Assembly: GCA_029856365.1 (NCBI GenBank) | Contig: JAHQWW010000054.1 | Location: 1 to 24,626 of the forward strand | Length of the DNA: 24,626 nucleotides | Reading direction: 5' to 3' | DNA from: Candidatus Hodarchaeota archaeon | GTDB taxonomy: Archaea > Asgardarchaeota > Heimdallarchaeia > Hodarchaeales > Hodarchaeaceae | Shown here: piece by piece, positions 1 to 8,562 of the stretch | Position numbering within the stretch: position 1 is the first letter of the stretch | How the letters are laid out: every line of letters begins with the position of its first letter | Program-made: the position numbers and the translations under genes | The notes under the pieces: model-generated | The model's input: only the letters and a program-made list of their open reading frames with translations | What the model was told of the DNA's origin: nothing | The model's database searches: none

Positions 1-1
1 T

Positions 2-1576
2 CACAAGTACATAAAAAGATCATCAAAGCTCTTACGCTCACGGACTAAACGTAATCGTTCTGAATTAGAATCTCATAGAATTTTGGTAAAATTTTTGGAA
101 ACCACATCTAATTGTCCTTTAAATCCTGAAGATCTAATTACTCAAGAAAATCAAAAAATGGTTGATTTTATTGAACAAGCTATTGATTATATCGTAGAAC
201 GGTCATGGATAATATTCTGGTCATTCGAGCAGGCAGGTGAGGATCGAATTGTTGTGCATGATGGTACGTTTCATCGTAAATATGAAATTGAAAAGTCTTC
301 CTCGGCACTCCATGCTTTTGATGAGTTATTAATCCTTAATTTCGCCCAACCCTTCTTGAAATCTCTGAATCAACTATTAGATGATATTTCAATGCGAGCG
401 AATGATGTAAAGAGTGCTTTTGAGGGAACAAACATCGTTCCAATCTCTGATCCTGATCTAGCATCAGAAGCTTTTGGGATTCTAGTGGGAGATTTAGTGG
501 GAGGGATAGATGCTCTGAACACAATTGTTCGCCAACTTACCCGTATTGAAGAAATTCAATCAACTACTCATGAAGAGATTGAATTATTAAATGGATTCGG
601 TAAGGAAATAAAAGATCGTATCAGTAATGGTAAAAATCTTGCTGATTTGAAAGTAAAATTTGAAAACAATATTGAAACCTTACGGAATCTCCAAAAATCA
701 TTAAGAAAACTCCAAAAAGAGGCGCAACAAGGAAAAATCCAAGCTAATTTGGAACACTTTCATTCAGCAATAATAAAACTCCCAATTCAATTAAGAGAAG
801 CAAAAATCTGGGCTGATCGTTTCATGGATATAGCTTTTCTGTCTCCTGAGTCTGGAGGAGTTGCTTTGGAATCAGCCAAAGATTTGGTACCCTATGAACA
901 TGAAACAGGGACAGTTATTGAAGCAATCGGTCTTCATAAAACTTATAGGCCTACGAATAGTACAGTTTATGCCCTTCGGGGAGCAAGTCTTAAGATTCAA
1001 CAGGGTGAATTTGTTGCAGTCTTAGGTCCCTCTGGATCGGGAAAAACGACTTTAATTAATATTATGGCTGGTTTAGATGTTCCAGACCATGGTAAAGTGT
1101 ATTTTGAGGGAAGAGATATTTCTCTGATGAGTGATAATGAACTCTCGGAATTTCGCAGAAACAAAATTGGTTTTGTATTTCAACAATATATTCTAGACCC
1201 CCGCTTAACTGTGTATGAAAATGTAGCTCTCCCAGTACAGATGGCAGGGAATACTAAGAATATCAAACAGCGAGTTCATGAATTATTGGAAAACCTTGGA
1301 TTAATAGAGTATATAAACCAGGATCCTATGAAACTTTCGGGAGGGCAACTACAACGTGTTATAATTGCACGAGCGTGTGTCAACGATCCTCTAGTTGTAT
1401 TCGCAGATGAACCAACTGGAGATCTGGACAGTGAAACTGGAAAACAAGTGCTTACAAACTTTAGACGTCTCTGTAATGAAAAAGGAATCGCTTTCATTAT
1501 TGTTACTCATGATCAAGAAATGGCAGAATTTGCAGACAGAGTTGTGAGAATGAAAGATGGTCAAATAATGGAATAA
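2..1576 (+). CDS. ABC transporter ATP-binding protein (LolD/MacB/FtsE-like) with ~300-aa N-terminal helical extension; probably 5'-partial
   Basis: Walker A GPSGSGKTT, IGFVFQ Q-loop, LSGGQ signature, FADEPTGDLD Walker B/D-loop, IVTHD H-loop. The frame is open from base 2 (HKYIKRSSKLLRSRTKRNRSELESHRILV...), so the track's TTG at 83 may not be the true start. Confidence 0.9.
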   Translation, partial: HKYIKRSSKLLRSRTKRNRSELESHRILVKFLETTSNCPLNPEDLITQENQKMVDFIEQAIDYIVERSWIIFWSFEQAGEDRIVVHDGTFHRKYEIEKSSSALHAFDELLILNFAQPFLKSLNQLLDDISMRANDVKSAFEGTNIVPISDPDLASEAFGILVGDLVGGIDALNTIVRQLTRIEEIQSTTHEEIELLNGFGKEIKDRISNGKNLADLKVKFENNIETLRNLQKSLRKLQKEAQQGKIQANLEHFHSAIIKLPIQLREAKIWADRFMDIAFLSPESGGVALESAKDLVPYEHETGTVIEAIGLHKTYRPTNSTVYALRGASLKIQQGEFVAVLGPSGSGKTTLINIMAGLDVPDHGKVYFEGRDISLMSDNELSEFRRNKIGFVFQQYILDPRLTVYENVALPVQMAGNTKNIKQRVHELLENLGLIEYINQDPMKLSGGQLQRVIIARACVNDPLVVFADEPTGDLDSETGKQVLTNFRRLCNEKGIAFIIVTHDQEMAEFADRVVRMKDGQIME

Positions 1577-1729
1577 AACACGATTCTAGTAAACTAAAGG
1601 TTTTTTACCTTTCTATGATTTAATAATCTCCAATGGAAATTGCACAGGTCAATAATTATTTATGATGATCCTAGTTCTGTAATCCGGTAAAAAGGGCTTT
1701 ATAACTGCGAAATTATCAGGATTTTTTGT

Positions 1730-1963
1730 TATTCGACTAAAATACCACGTGATCCTCAGGGATATGAGAAAGCAACAGATAAAGCAGAGAAAAGAAAAGC
1801 CTATTGTTTTTGTCCCATCACATTTAGCTACTGTGGCGCGGGTTGGTTTCGGTAACAATGGGAGGATACTCTGGGAAAATCGATAAAGATCGAAATCTTA
1901 AAATCGGTTCTCAATGATGATGAAGAATGTCAATTTGCCATTCATCTTCCAAACGACTTATAA
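1730..1963 (+). pseudogene. Remnant of a Cys-motif protein C-terminus (DUF6144-like by recollection)
   Basis: Manual translation: YSTKIPRDPQGYEKATDKAEKRKAYCFCPITFSYCGAGWFR*QWEDTLGKSIKIEILKSVLNDDEECQFAIHLPNDL*. In-frame TAA at 1853-1855 and no start codon. Confidence 0.6.
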
Positions 1964-1985
1964 CAAATACAACGTGAAAAAAAAA

Positions 1986-2548
1986 TTAGAATATGAATTT
2001 TATCTTAGGAATAAACATTCCCACGTGTTTCTTGTATTCAGAATAACTATCACCAAACTCTTTTTCCAAAATGTACTTCTCTTCTATAAATATTTGAAGT
2101 ATAATGATTATAATCAAGAGTGGTAAGACTAGTAGGCAATATGTAGCTCCCCAGATAATAAACCATCCAACAAGACTTATTATTCCAGTCAAATATTGAG
2201 GGTGTCTTACCCAACTGTATGGACCAGTTTTTATTATAGAGGATACGTGATCTAAGGTCGTTGATGTCCCTTTAGATTTAAGATAAAATGCAGCATAAAT
2301 TCTTCCAATAATACCAAATGTTACTATCGGAACACCTACTAAGAAATTGAGAAAGATGTTTTCAATTCGTGGTTGATCGATAAAAACAAGTAAAAAGGAG
2401 ATAATGCCAGTAATAGCACCTACAAGTATTAGAAACTATTTCTAATAACCTTATTTTCAAATCTATCATATTTTGTAAAGATCCAGGAAATGATTGCAAC
2501 CCCTATTAACAAAACACTATATCCAATCCAAATAAAGTCTACAATCAG
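1986..2548 (-). pseudogene. Frameshifted isoprenylcysteine carboxyl-methyltransferase / phospholipid methyltransferase (ICMT/PEMT)-family membrane protein
   Basis: The frame upstream of the track ORF is open to 2435 and holds IIKTGPYSWVRHPQY, with EEKYILEKEFGDSYSEYKKHV further on (family hallmarks). The N-terminal TM part (IVDFIWIGYSVLLIGVAIISWIF...VIRNSF) is in another frame, with a 1-nt shift near 2433-2437. GAGGT RBS at 2557-2561 precedes CTG at 2548. Confidence 0.8.
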
Positions 2549-2717
2549 ATTGAATAACCTCTAATCATTGCCAATGCTAAAAATCTTTCATATTTCATTA
2601 TAATTTAATCACTCTTCAAAAATCTGATTCAATTAAAGGGCCATTCACATGACAGTCATAATATAGATCTTTATACAATTTACCAAAGTGGATTTATTCT
2701 AGTAAATACCAAAAAAG

Positions 2718-3464
2718 TTGAACAAAATGGATTCTCCGCTATTTCATTTTTCTAGAAATCAGACATGGCTTCATCAGAAATTAAAAAATCATTACCTAGA
2801 TGAAGTAGGGGGTACTGAAGAAGCTATAGTGTCTTTAAATGGGAGAAAATACCGAATCGATGTTCTTGACAAAGAAAAAACTACAATTTATGAGATTCAT
2901 CGTTCTAATTTCGGAGGAAAATTCTCTGAAAAAGTGAAGGACTTACTAAGTTTATCCAAGTTGAAAATAGTCATTGTACATCCTATCGTACTTAAACAAA
3001 AAGTAACTCGCTTCATTCGAGACTCCAACACTGTTAGAGTCAGTTATTATAACAAACGGGGAGATATTTTTACATTATTTGAAAAATTAGTGTTTTTTAA
3101 AGTGAAATTTATCCCAAACAGAATGAGATTTGATATCTTATTTATCGAAGAACATGTTCTAAAAGAATCTGAAGGTTTTTGGAGGAGAAGTAAGAGACGA
3201 AAATACAAGATTATGCAGAGAGATCTATTAAGTGTTCAAGAAATAAGAAAGTTTAGTACAAGAAATGATTTCATCAATGTTTTACCTGAGAAATTGCCAG
3301 ATATCTTTACTAACCATGATCTAGCTGAACGATTAGAGATTCAGGGAGGAATAAGACGAGTTCGAAGAATTCCTGGTTGCATTACTTATAGTCTTTGTAA
3401 ATTAGGGATTTTAAATCGGGTGGGAACTAGGGGACGGGCACATGAGTTTACAATTCGAGCTTAA
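2718..3464 (+). CDS. Conserved hypothetical protein, putative PD-(D/E)XK nuclease-like fold with C-terminal winged helix
   Basis: 248 aa. LHQKLK..Y...EE......YRIDV......IYEIH pattern resembles PD-(D/E)XK active-site spacing. C-terminal LPDIFTNHDLAERL...YSLCKLGILNRVGTRG is wHTH-like. Very basic. Confidence 0.6.
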   Translation: MNKMDSPLFHFSRNQTWLHQKLKNHYLDEVGGTEEAIVSLNGRKYRIDVLDKEKTTIYEIHRSNFGGKFSEKVKDLLSLSKLKIVIVHPIVLKQKVTRFIRDSNTVRVSYYNKRGDIFTLFEKLVFFKVKFIPNRMRFDILFIEEHVLKESEGFWRRSKRRKYKIMQRDLLSVQEIRKFSTRNDFINVLPEKLPDIFTNHDLAERLEIQGGIRRVRRIPGCITYSLCKLGILNRVGTRGRAHEFTIRA

Positions 3465-3479
3465 AGTAAATATAATGAT

Positions 3480-3708
3480 TCATACAGAGTTAGCTGAATT
3501 CTCCCCCTCCTCGGAAGCAATGGTAATTTGACTGATTTTTCCAGATGTTACATTCACTAATAAAATCGCTCCCAGATCATCAGTTCCTCTGACTCTCTTG
3601 AATCAAAGTTTTCACACCAGACTAGCGCAGCTTGGCCTGGATGAACATAAAAAAAATCAAACTCATCAATATTAAGCTAATTTTTCCGTGAAGAATTTTG
3701 TGTTTCAT
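3480..3708 (-). pseudogene. Possible decayed secreted-protein gene fragment
   Basis: ATG 3708 gives MKHKILHGKISLILMSLIFF, then after a shift in a T8 run YVHPGQAALVWCENFDS (signal-peptide-like with an AxA-type site). Another frame continues to TGA at 3480. Confidence 0.3.
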
Positions 3709-4055
3709 TTCTTTTAGCTCAAATCTTTAGAGTATTTTTGTATTGCATTTTTTTGGTAACATTTTCTCTAGATTGCTGAGATTTCATAAGAACCTTTAGT
3801 TGCACAGGCCTGTTATTCCTCTTTATTGTGGAGTTTTTTATTTTTCTTTGCTTTTATTGGCCTCATTTGATTACATCTTTCTTCTATAATATCTAAAGGG
3901 TAAAATTGTAATAATTATTCTTTTTACAAGTCCGTCAGCTTAATTTATCGGCTTTTGGGATTAATAAGTTGGTTAGAGATAAAAATTGAATTATCCAATC
4001 CTCTCTCATTTATGTGAATTAGCTATAATTCTCACCTAATTAAAGGAATTACACT

Positions 4056-4076
4056 GAAAAAAAAGAAAAAGGAGGA
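4056..4076 (-). terminator. Oligo-U archaeal-type terminator downstream of trpB2
   Basis: Minus strand reads TCCTCCTTTTTCTTTTTTTTC starting ~9 nt after the trpB2 stop. Confidence 0.6.
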
Positions 4077-4084
4077 ATTGATGG

Positions 4085-5395
4085 TTATTCAAGCTCATTA
4101 GCGATGTATTTCTGGTATCCTAATAAGTCAAGTAAGCCATGTCCAGAAAGATTGAAGATAATGGATAGTTCTTCATCCTTGTGTTCTCTTGCGATATCGA
4201 TTACTGCTACAATGGCGTGAGAAGATTCGGGTGCTGGAATAATTCCTTCACTTTTTGTAAATATTTCTGCAGCTTCAAATGCTGTCTGTTGAGTATACTT
4301 ATAGGGGGTGACATGACCTGTATTGATCAACACTGACAAGCTAGGGGCAACACCGTGATATCTTAAACCTCCTGCATGAATAGGTGGTGGTATATAATCA
4401 GAACCTAATGTATACATTTTCAATAAAGGGGTCATATTCGCAGTATCGCCGAAATCATATCGATAATCTCCATCAGACATTTTTGACGCAGCAGTGGATT
4501 CTGCTGCGACCGCTTGCATTTCATATCCATTTCTTAACTTTTCACGGATAAATGGATAAGCTAAACCTGCAAAATTCGAACCTCCTCCCACACACCCCAC
4601 TACAAAATCAGGGAAATCATTTTCTGCCATTCGAAATTGATTAATAGCCTCAAGACCAATAACTGTTTGATGAAGAAGAACATGGTTTAGCACGGAACCT
4701 AAAGAGTACTTTGTCTGTTCGTCTTGAAGAGCTAATGTTATTGCCTCACTGATTGCGATACCTAAGCTGCCAGGATGTCGTGGATCTGAGTTTAGGAGTT
4801 TCTTACCAAACTCTGTTTTCGATGAGGGTGATGGGTAGACTTTTGCCCCATACAACTCCATTATGGTTCTTCTATGGGGTTTTTGATCATAGCTCGCTCT
4901 GACCATCATAACTTGGCAATTCAGATCCAAGAGTTGACTAGAGTAAGCTAAAGCGCTTCCCCATTGACCAGCGCCAGTTTCTGTTGTTAAAGTCTCTGTT
5001 CCTTCCTTTGCGTTGTAGTATGCTTGTGCAATAGCAGTATTCACTTTGTGTGAGCCAGTAGGAGATCTTTCACCTTCATATTTGTAATAAATTCTCACTT
5101 TAGTCTTTAGAAATTCTTCCAGGCTGTTAGCCCTGATTAGAGGTGAGGGTCGAATATCTTGTAACATTTCCCTAATTGCTTCTGGAATTGCTATGTCAGA
5201 TTCCTTAGCAATCTCTTGTTTAATCAGCTCTTTAGCGAATAGTACTTCTAAATCTTTGGGATTCAACGGTTCGTTTGTCGCTGGTGAAAGAGGTGGGGGG
5301 AAGGGTTTGGGTAGATCAGGAAGAATGTTACACCATTTTTTAGGTAATTCATTTTCGTCTAACTCGAACCTTTTACGTTTTCGCATTTTTTTCAC
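4085..5395 (-). CDS. trpB2: Tryptophan synthase beta chain 2 (TrpB2, stand-alone PLP enzyme)
   Basis: SPTGSHKVN (PLP lysine), [68 protein letters not shown] and the N-terminal W.NI.PDLP are TrpB2-type. Start is GTG 5395 or ATG 5386 (preceded by GAGTGA). Confidence 0.97.
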   Translation of the reverse strand: MKKMRKRKRFELDENELPKKWCNILPDLPKPFPPPLSPATNEPLNPKDLEVLFAKELIKQEIAKESDIAIPEAIREMLQDIRPSPLIRANSLEEFLKTKVRIYYKYEGERSPTGSHKVNTAIAQAYYNAKEGTETLTTETGAGQWGSALAYSSQLLDLNCQVMMVRASYDQKPHRRTIMELYGAKVYPSPSSKTEFGKKLLNSDPRHPGSLGIAISEAITLALQDEQTKYSLGSVLNHVLLHQTVIGLEAINQFRMAENDFPDFVVGCVGGGSNFAGLAYPFIREKLRNGYEMQAVAAESTAASKMSDGDYRYDFGDTANMTPLLKMYTLGSDYIPPPIHAGGLRYHGVAPSLSVLINTGHVTPYKYTQQTAFEAAEIFTKSEGIIPAPESSHAIVAVIDIAREHKDEELSIIFNLSGHGLLDLLGYQKYIANELE

Positions 5396-5446
5396 TCATT
5401 TCTGTGTTCTTTTTTGACAAGTTATTGACAACCGAAAAAATGAGTG
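5393..5446 (-). promoter_or_regulatory. Putative RBS/start-sequestering hairpin in the trpB2 leader
   Basis: mRNA CACUCAUUU (5446-5438) is the perfect complement of AAAUGAGUG (5401-5393), which contains GAGUG(A) and the GUG start. The 5' arm includes a U6 tract. Confidence 0.6.
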
Positions 5447-5468
5447 GAAATACACTTTATTGAACATA

Positions 5469-5529
5469 TAGAAGCTCTAAAGGTCTTCAAGTATGTGAGG
5501 GTGTCAAAAGATACCTTAATAGAGCCCTA
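5469..5529 (-). promoter_or_regulatory. Putative attenuator hairpin starting at the leader-peptide stop codon
   Basis: mRNA UAGGGCUCUAUUAAGGUAUCUU (5529-5508) pairs imperfectly with AAGACCUUUAGAGCUUCUA (5487-5469). Confidence 0.55.
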
Positions 5530-5643
5530 AAACCAGTGCCACCAGCGCCAGCAGGTTACAAGATAGAATATGATGAGCGCTGATAATTTGATCTTAAAAG
5601 AAGAGAATATGTTAGAATGGCCTTTCTGATTCGTAATTTTCAA
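5527..5643 (-). CDS. Putative Trp-rich leader peptide (TrpL-like), MKITNQKGHSNIFSSFKIKLSALIIFYLVTCWRWWHWF
   Basis: Minus strand ACC TGC TGG CGC TGG TGG CAC TGG TTT TAG (5556-5527). Frame open back to 5760. Candidate starts are TTG 5643, GTG 5682 and GTG 5703; there is no ATG. Stop lies ~130 nt upstream of trpB2 on the same strand. Confidence 0.7.
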   Translation of the reverse strand: MKITNQKGHSNIFSSFKIKLSALIIFYLVTCWRWWHWF

Positions 5644-5772
5644 AAAAACAATAGCAGTTTCAAGAGCTGGGGTTAGATTCACTAGTAGAAGAGGTGAATA
5701 CACGTTCTTCTGTGTTATTGCCAGTCCCGGAACATACCAACCACTAATCTTTTCAAGATGTCAAAAACTTGC

Positions 5773-5792
5773 AGAGCAAATCCTTTTGCTCT
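5773..5792. promoter_or_regulatory. Perfect inverted repeat AGAGCAAA-tcct-TTTGCTCT, candidate operator
   Basis: 8-bp arms with a 4-nt spacer in the trpB2/purH divergent region, just downstream of a minus-strand TATA-like GAAAATAATAAAA (~5808-5796). Confidence 0.4.
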
Positions 5793-5958
5793 ATCTTTTA
5801 TTATTTTCTATCAATGAACTAATTATTTTTTGCGAACAAATTTGATTTCTTGTCAAATAATTTATTTATAAACATAAGAAAGGGATAAAAAGAATCGTAT
5901 GTTCTTAAAAGAACCTTAAAAAGCTTTAATGTTTCATCTAGTTTAGTGGTGCACCCTA

Positions 5959-7461
5959 TTGAAAAGAAATCAAGGATTAATTAGCGTATTTGATAAAACT
6001 GGAATAGTAAATTTCTGTAAAAAAGTATCATCAAGATTTTTATTTATTAGTACAGGTAAAACTGCTAAAATTCTTAAAGCTGCTAATATTCCAGTTAAAA
6101 CTGTTGCTAGTCATACAGGGTATCCAGAGATACTAGGTGGCCGTGTTAAAACCCTACATCCAGAAATTTTTGGAGGGATTCTTGGAACGATTGATTATTC
6201 ATCAGAAATGGAAGAAATGGGGGTTCAACCTTTTGGCCTAGTAGTTGTAAATCTCTATCCATTCCAACAAATTGTCTCATATCCTCATAACTTAGTAAAA
6301 GCCATGGAAAATATTGATATTGGTGGTGTAACTCTTCTTCGAGCTGCTGCCAAGAACTTTCGTGAAGTTATTGTCATTTGTAGTCCTAATGATTATAACT
6401 CCGTTGGCGACGCAATTGCAGGGGATAAAGTTTCTCTAGATTTACGTAAGGAATTAGCAAAGAAAGTATTTCGTTACACTGCTAACTATGATACTGTAAT
6501 CAGTAGATATTTTGTAGAAATCACAAATGATTTTTTTCCTCCTACTCTTGTTTTAAGTTTTGAAAATCCTCAGGATTTGCGATACGGTGAAAATTGGCAT
6601 CAAGAGGCAAAATACTATTTACAAGCGAATAAGAACCCTTTCTACAGACAATTACATGGCAAGAAGGTCTCTTTAAATAATTTAGTAGATTTTTGCGCAA
6701 CGATAGGGCTTTTTTCAGAGCAAGAAGAGCCTGCTTGTGCTATTATTAAACACACGAGTCCGTGTGGTTTTGCATGTGCAAATGACATTGAAACTGCTTT
6801 TGGTCATGCGTTAGCAACTGATGAACTTTCAGCTTTCGGTTCAGCGATGGGATTTAATCGGCCTATTACAGAGAGTTTGGCCAATAAACTCAATGCAATG
6901 TTTATAGATGCTATTATTGCTCCAGAATATGAAAAGAAAGCCTTTGAAATTCTCACGAGAAAAGAGAAAATAATTCTTTGTGTATTTAATGAGTATGAAA
7001 TACCCAGATATTCAATTCGATTTGTACCTAATGGTCTCCTAGTTCAACCTACTGATACTCGTATTATATCTGAAGATGATCTTACTGTTGTTTCAAAACG
7101 AAAGCCAACTCCTCAAGAAGTGAAAGATCTCCTTTTTGCATGGAATGTTGTAAAATACGTGAAATCTAATGCAGCTGTTGTTAGTATTGGCAGGAAGACT
7201 CTTGGAATTGGAATGGGACAACCATCGAGAATAAAAGCAGTTAAATTTGCTTTAAACCATGCTAATGACAGATCACAAGGTGCCGTTTTAGCATCAGATT
7301 CATTCTTCCCATTTAGAGACTCAGTCGACGCTGCTGGAGAAAAAGGTATCAGGGCAATAATCGCTTCTGGGGGATCAATACGCGATAAAGAAGTAATTGA
7401 AGCAGCTGATGAATTTGACATAGCAATGATCTGGACAGGAATCCGATGTTTTCGGCATTAA
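5959..7461 (+). CDS. purH: Bifunctional AICAR formyltransferase / IMP cyclohydrolase
   Basis: LISVFDKTG, TGYPEILGGRVKTLHP, VVNLYPF, ENIDIGGVTLLRAAAKN, LRYGENWHQ, IIKHTSPCG, VKSNA, ASDSFFPFRD, GGSIRD, TGIRCFRH. Confidence 0.97.
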   Translation: MKRNQGLISVFDKTGIVNFCKKVSSRFLFISTGKTAKILKAANIPVKTVASHTGYPEILGGRVKTLHPEIFGGILGTIDYSSEMEEMGVQPFGLVVVNLYPFQQIVSYPHNLVKAMENIDIGGVTLLRAAAKNFREVIVICSPNDYNSVGDAIAGDKVSLDLRKELAKKVFRYTANYDTVISRYFVEITNDFFPPTLVLSFENPQDLRYGENWHQEAKYYLQANKNPFYRQLHGKKVSLNNLVDFCATIGLFSEQEEPACAIIKHTSPCGFACANDIETAFGHALATDELSAFGSAMGFNRPITESLANKLNAMFIDAIIAPEYEKKAFEILTRKEKIILCVFNEYEIPRYSIRFVPNGLLVQPTDTRIISEDDLTVVSKRKPTPQEVKDLLFAWNVVKYVKSNAAVVSIGRKTLGIGMGQPSRIKAVKFALNHANDRSQGAVLASDSFFPFRDSVDAAGEKGIRAIIASGGSIRDKEVIEAADEFDIAMIWTGIRCFRH

Positions 7462-7502
7462 GAATTGATTTATTTTTTTATTCAGCCTTCTCATTTATCC
7501 CT

Positions 7503-8453
7503 TTAGAAATCGACTTTTTCACCTGGAACTTTAGGAAAAAGAGTTACATCTCTAATGTGTTTCTTTTTGGTAAGAAATCTGACCAATCTTTCGATACCAA
7601 GGCCACCTCCTGCACTTTTTATTAGTGATCCCTTCTTAGCAAGTTCTAAGTATGGTTCAAAGCGCTTAGGATCTTGGTTTCGTTCTTTGATTTTTCTCAG
7701 AAGGATTTCATAATCAAAATCACGTTCTCCTCCAGAGAGAGCCTCACCAAAACCTTCAGGGTAATACAAATCATAGTTAATATAATGACCTTTTCTTTCA
7801 GGGTCCTCTTTGTCATAAAATTCCCTTTCAAAATCAGTTATCCAAAAAGGATCTTTCTCTTGAAAGGATATTTTTGATCCAAAATCATCACCAAATTCCT
7901 CTCTTAGATCCCAACTACAGTAAATATTGAATGGTTTTTGAGGAACAGGAATATCAATGCCACTTTTTACTAATTCTTCTCTACAAGAATCTTTTACTCT
8001 TGAGAAAATGTGAATAATTAAATCTTCAATTAAAGACATAAAATCTTGAGCTGTTGCTTCTTTCAGTTCGATGTCTAATTGTGTAAATTCAATTAAGTGC
8101 TTCCCACTGTTCTTGAGATCGCTTACTTCCAAACGTATGTTCGGTGACATGATGTAAAGGCCTTTAACACCTAAAGTAGCGATAGCGATTTGTTTATGGA
8201 ATATCATACTCTTAGTCAGTTGGAATCGTTGGCCAAAGTAGTTAATATAAGCATTATAAACAGGGTGACATAGGGGATCCGTAATAGGAGAGAGAATAAC
8301 GGGCATGAGTTGAATCAAACCCTGCTGATAAAAACAATCATGTATGGCTAGTAGTACTTCTGTTTGGACTTTCAGAGTCATTACAATTTGAGAGCTTGCC
8401 TGTGATGTCATAAATTCATATTTATCTACTAATTTTAAAGTCAAAGTGTTCAC
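7503..8453 (-). CDS. asnA: Archaeal-type asparagine synthetase A (AsnRS-like, lacking anticodon-binding domain)
   Basis: 316 aa class II aaRS catalytic core only: LSPITDPL, LTKSMIFHKQ, SPNIRLE...HLIEFTQLDIE, NYDLYYPEGFGEALSGGER, SAGGGLGIERL. Confidence 0.9.
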   Translation of the reverse strand: MNTLTLKLVDKYEFMTSQASSQIVMTLKVQTEVLLAIHDCFYQQGLIQLMPVILSPITDPLCHPVYNAYINYFGQRFQLTKSMIFHKQIAIATLGVKGLYIMSPNIRLEVSDLKNSGKHLIEFTQLDIELKEATAQDFMSLIEDLIIHIFSRVKDSCREELVKSGIDIPVPQKPFNIYCSWDLREEFGDDFGSKISFQEKDPFWITDFEREFYDKEDPERKGHYINYDLYYPEGFGEALSGGERDFDYEILLRKIKERNQDPKRFEPYLELAKKGSLIKSAGGGLGIERLVRFLTKKKHIRDVTLFPKVPGEKVDF

Positions 8454-8562
8454 TATATTGAGTATACGAGAACATTTTTGTAAATTCTCATAATCTAGGT
8501 GATAAATTGCTAATCTGATCTGTATTTCTAATATATTTGAATGTTTTTAAGGAAAATATGAA

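Noticed and set aside
1853-1855. In-frame stop as possible Sec/Pyl recoding
   Set aside because: The codon is TAA, not TGA/TAG (probably CAA>TAA), and the gene also lacks its 5' part.
1649-1858. 69-aa minus-strand ORF in the track
   Set aside because: The opposite strand carries the recognisable Cys-motif remnant, so this ORF is its shadow.
3813-3866. Small minus-strand ORF MRPIKAKKNKKLHNKEE
   Set aside because: 17 aa in A-rich sequence with no supporting context.
5414-5431. Tandem TTGACA as bacterial -35 boxes
   Set aside because: They point away from trpB2, have no properly spaced -10, and the promoters here look archaeal. Better explained as RNA-pairing segments.
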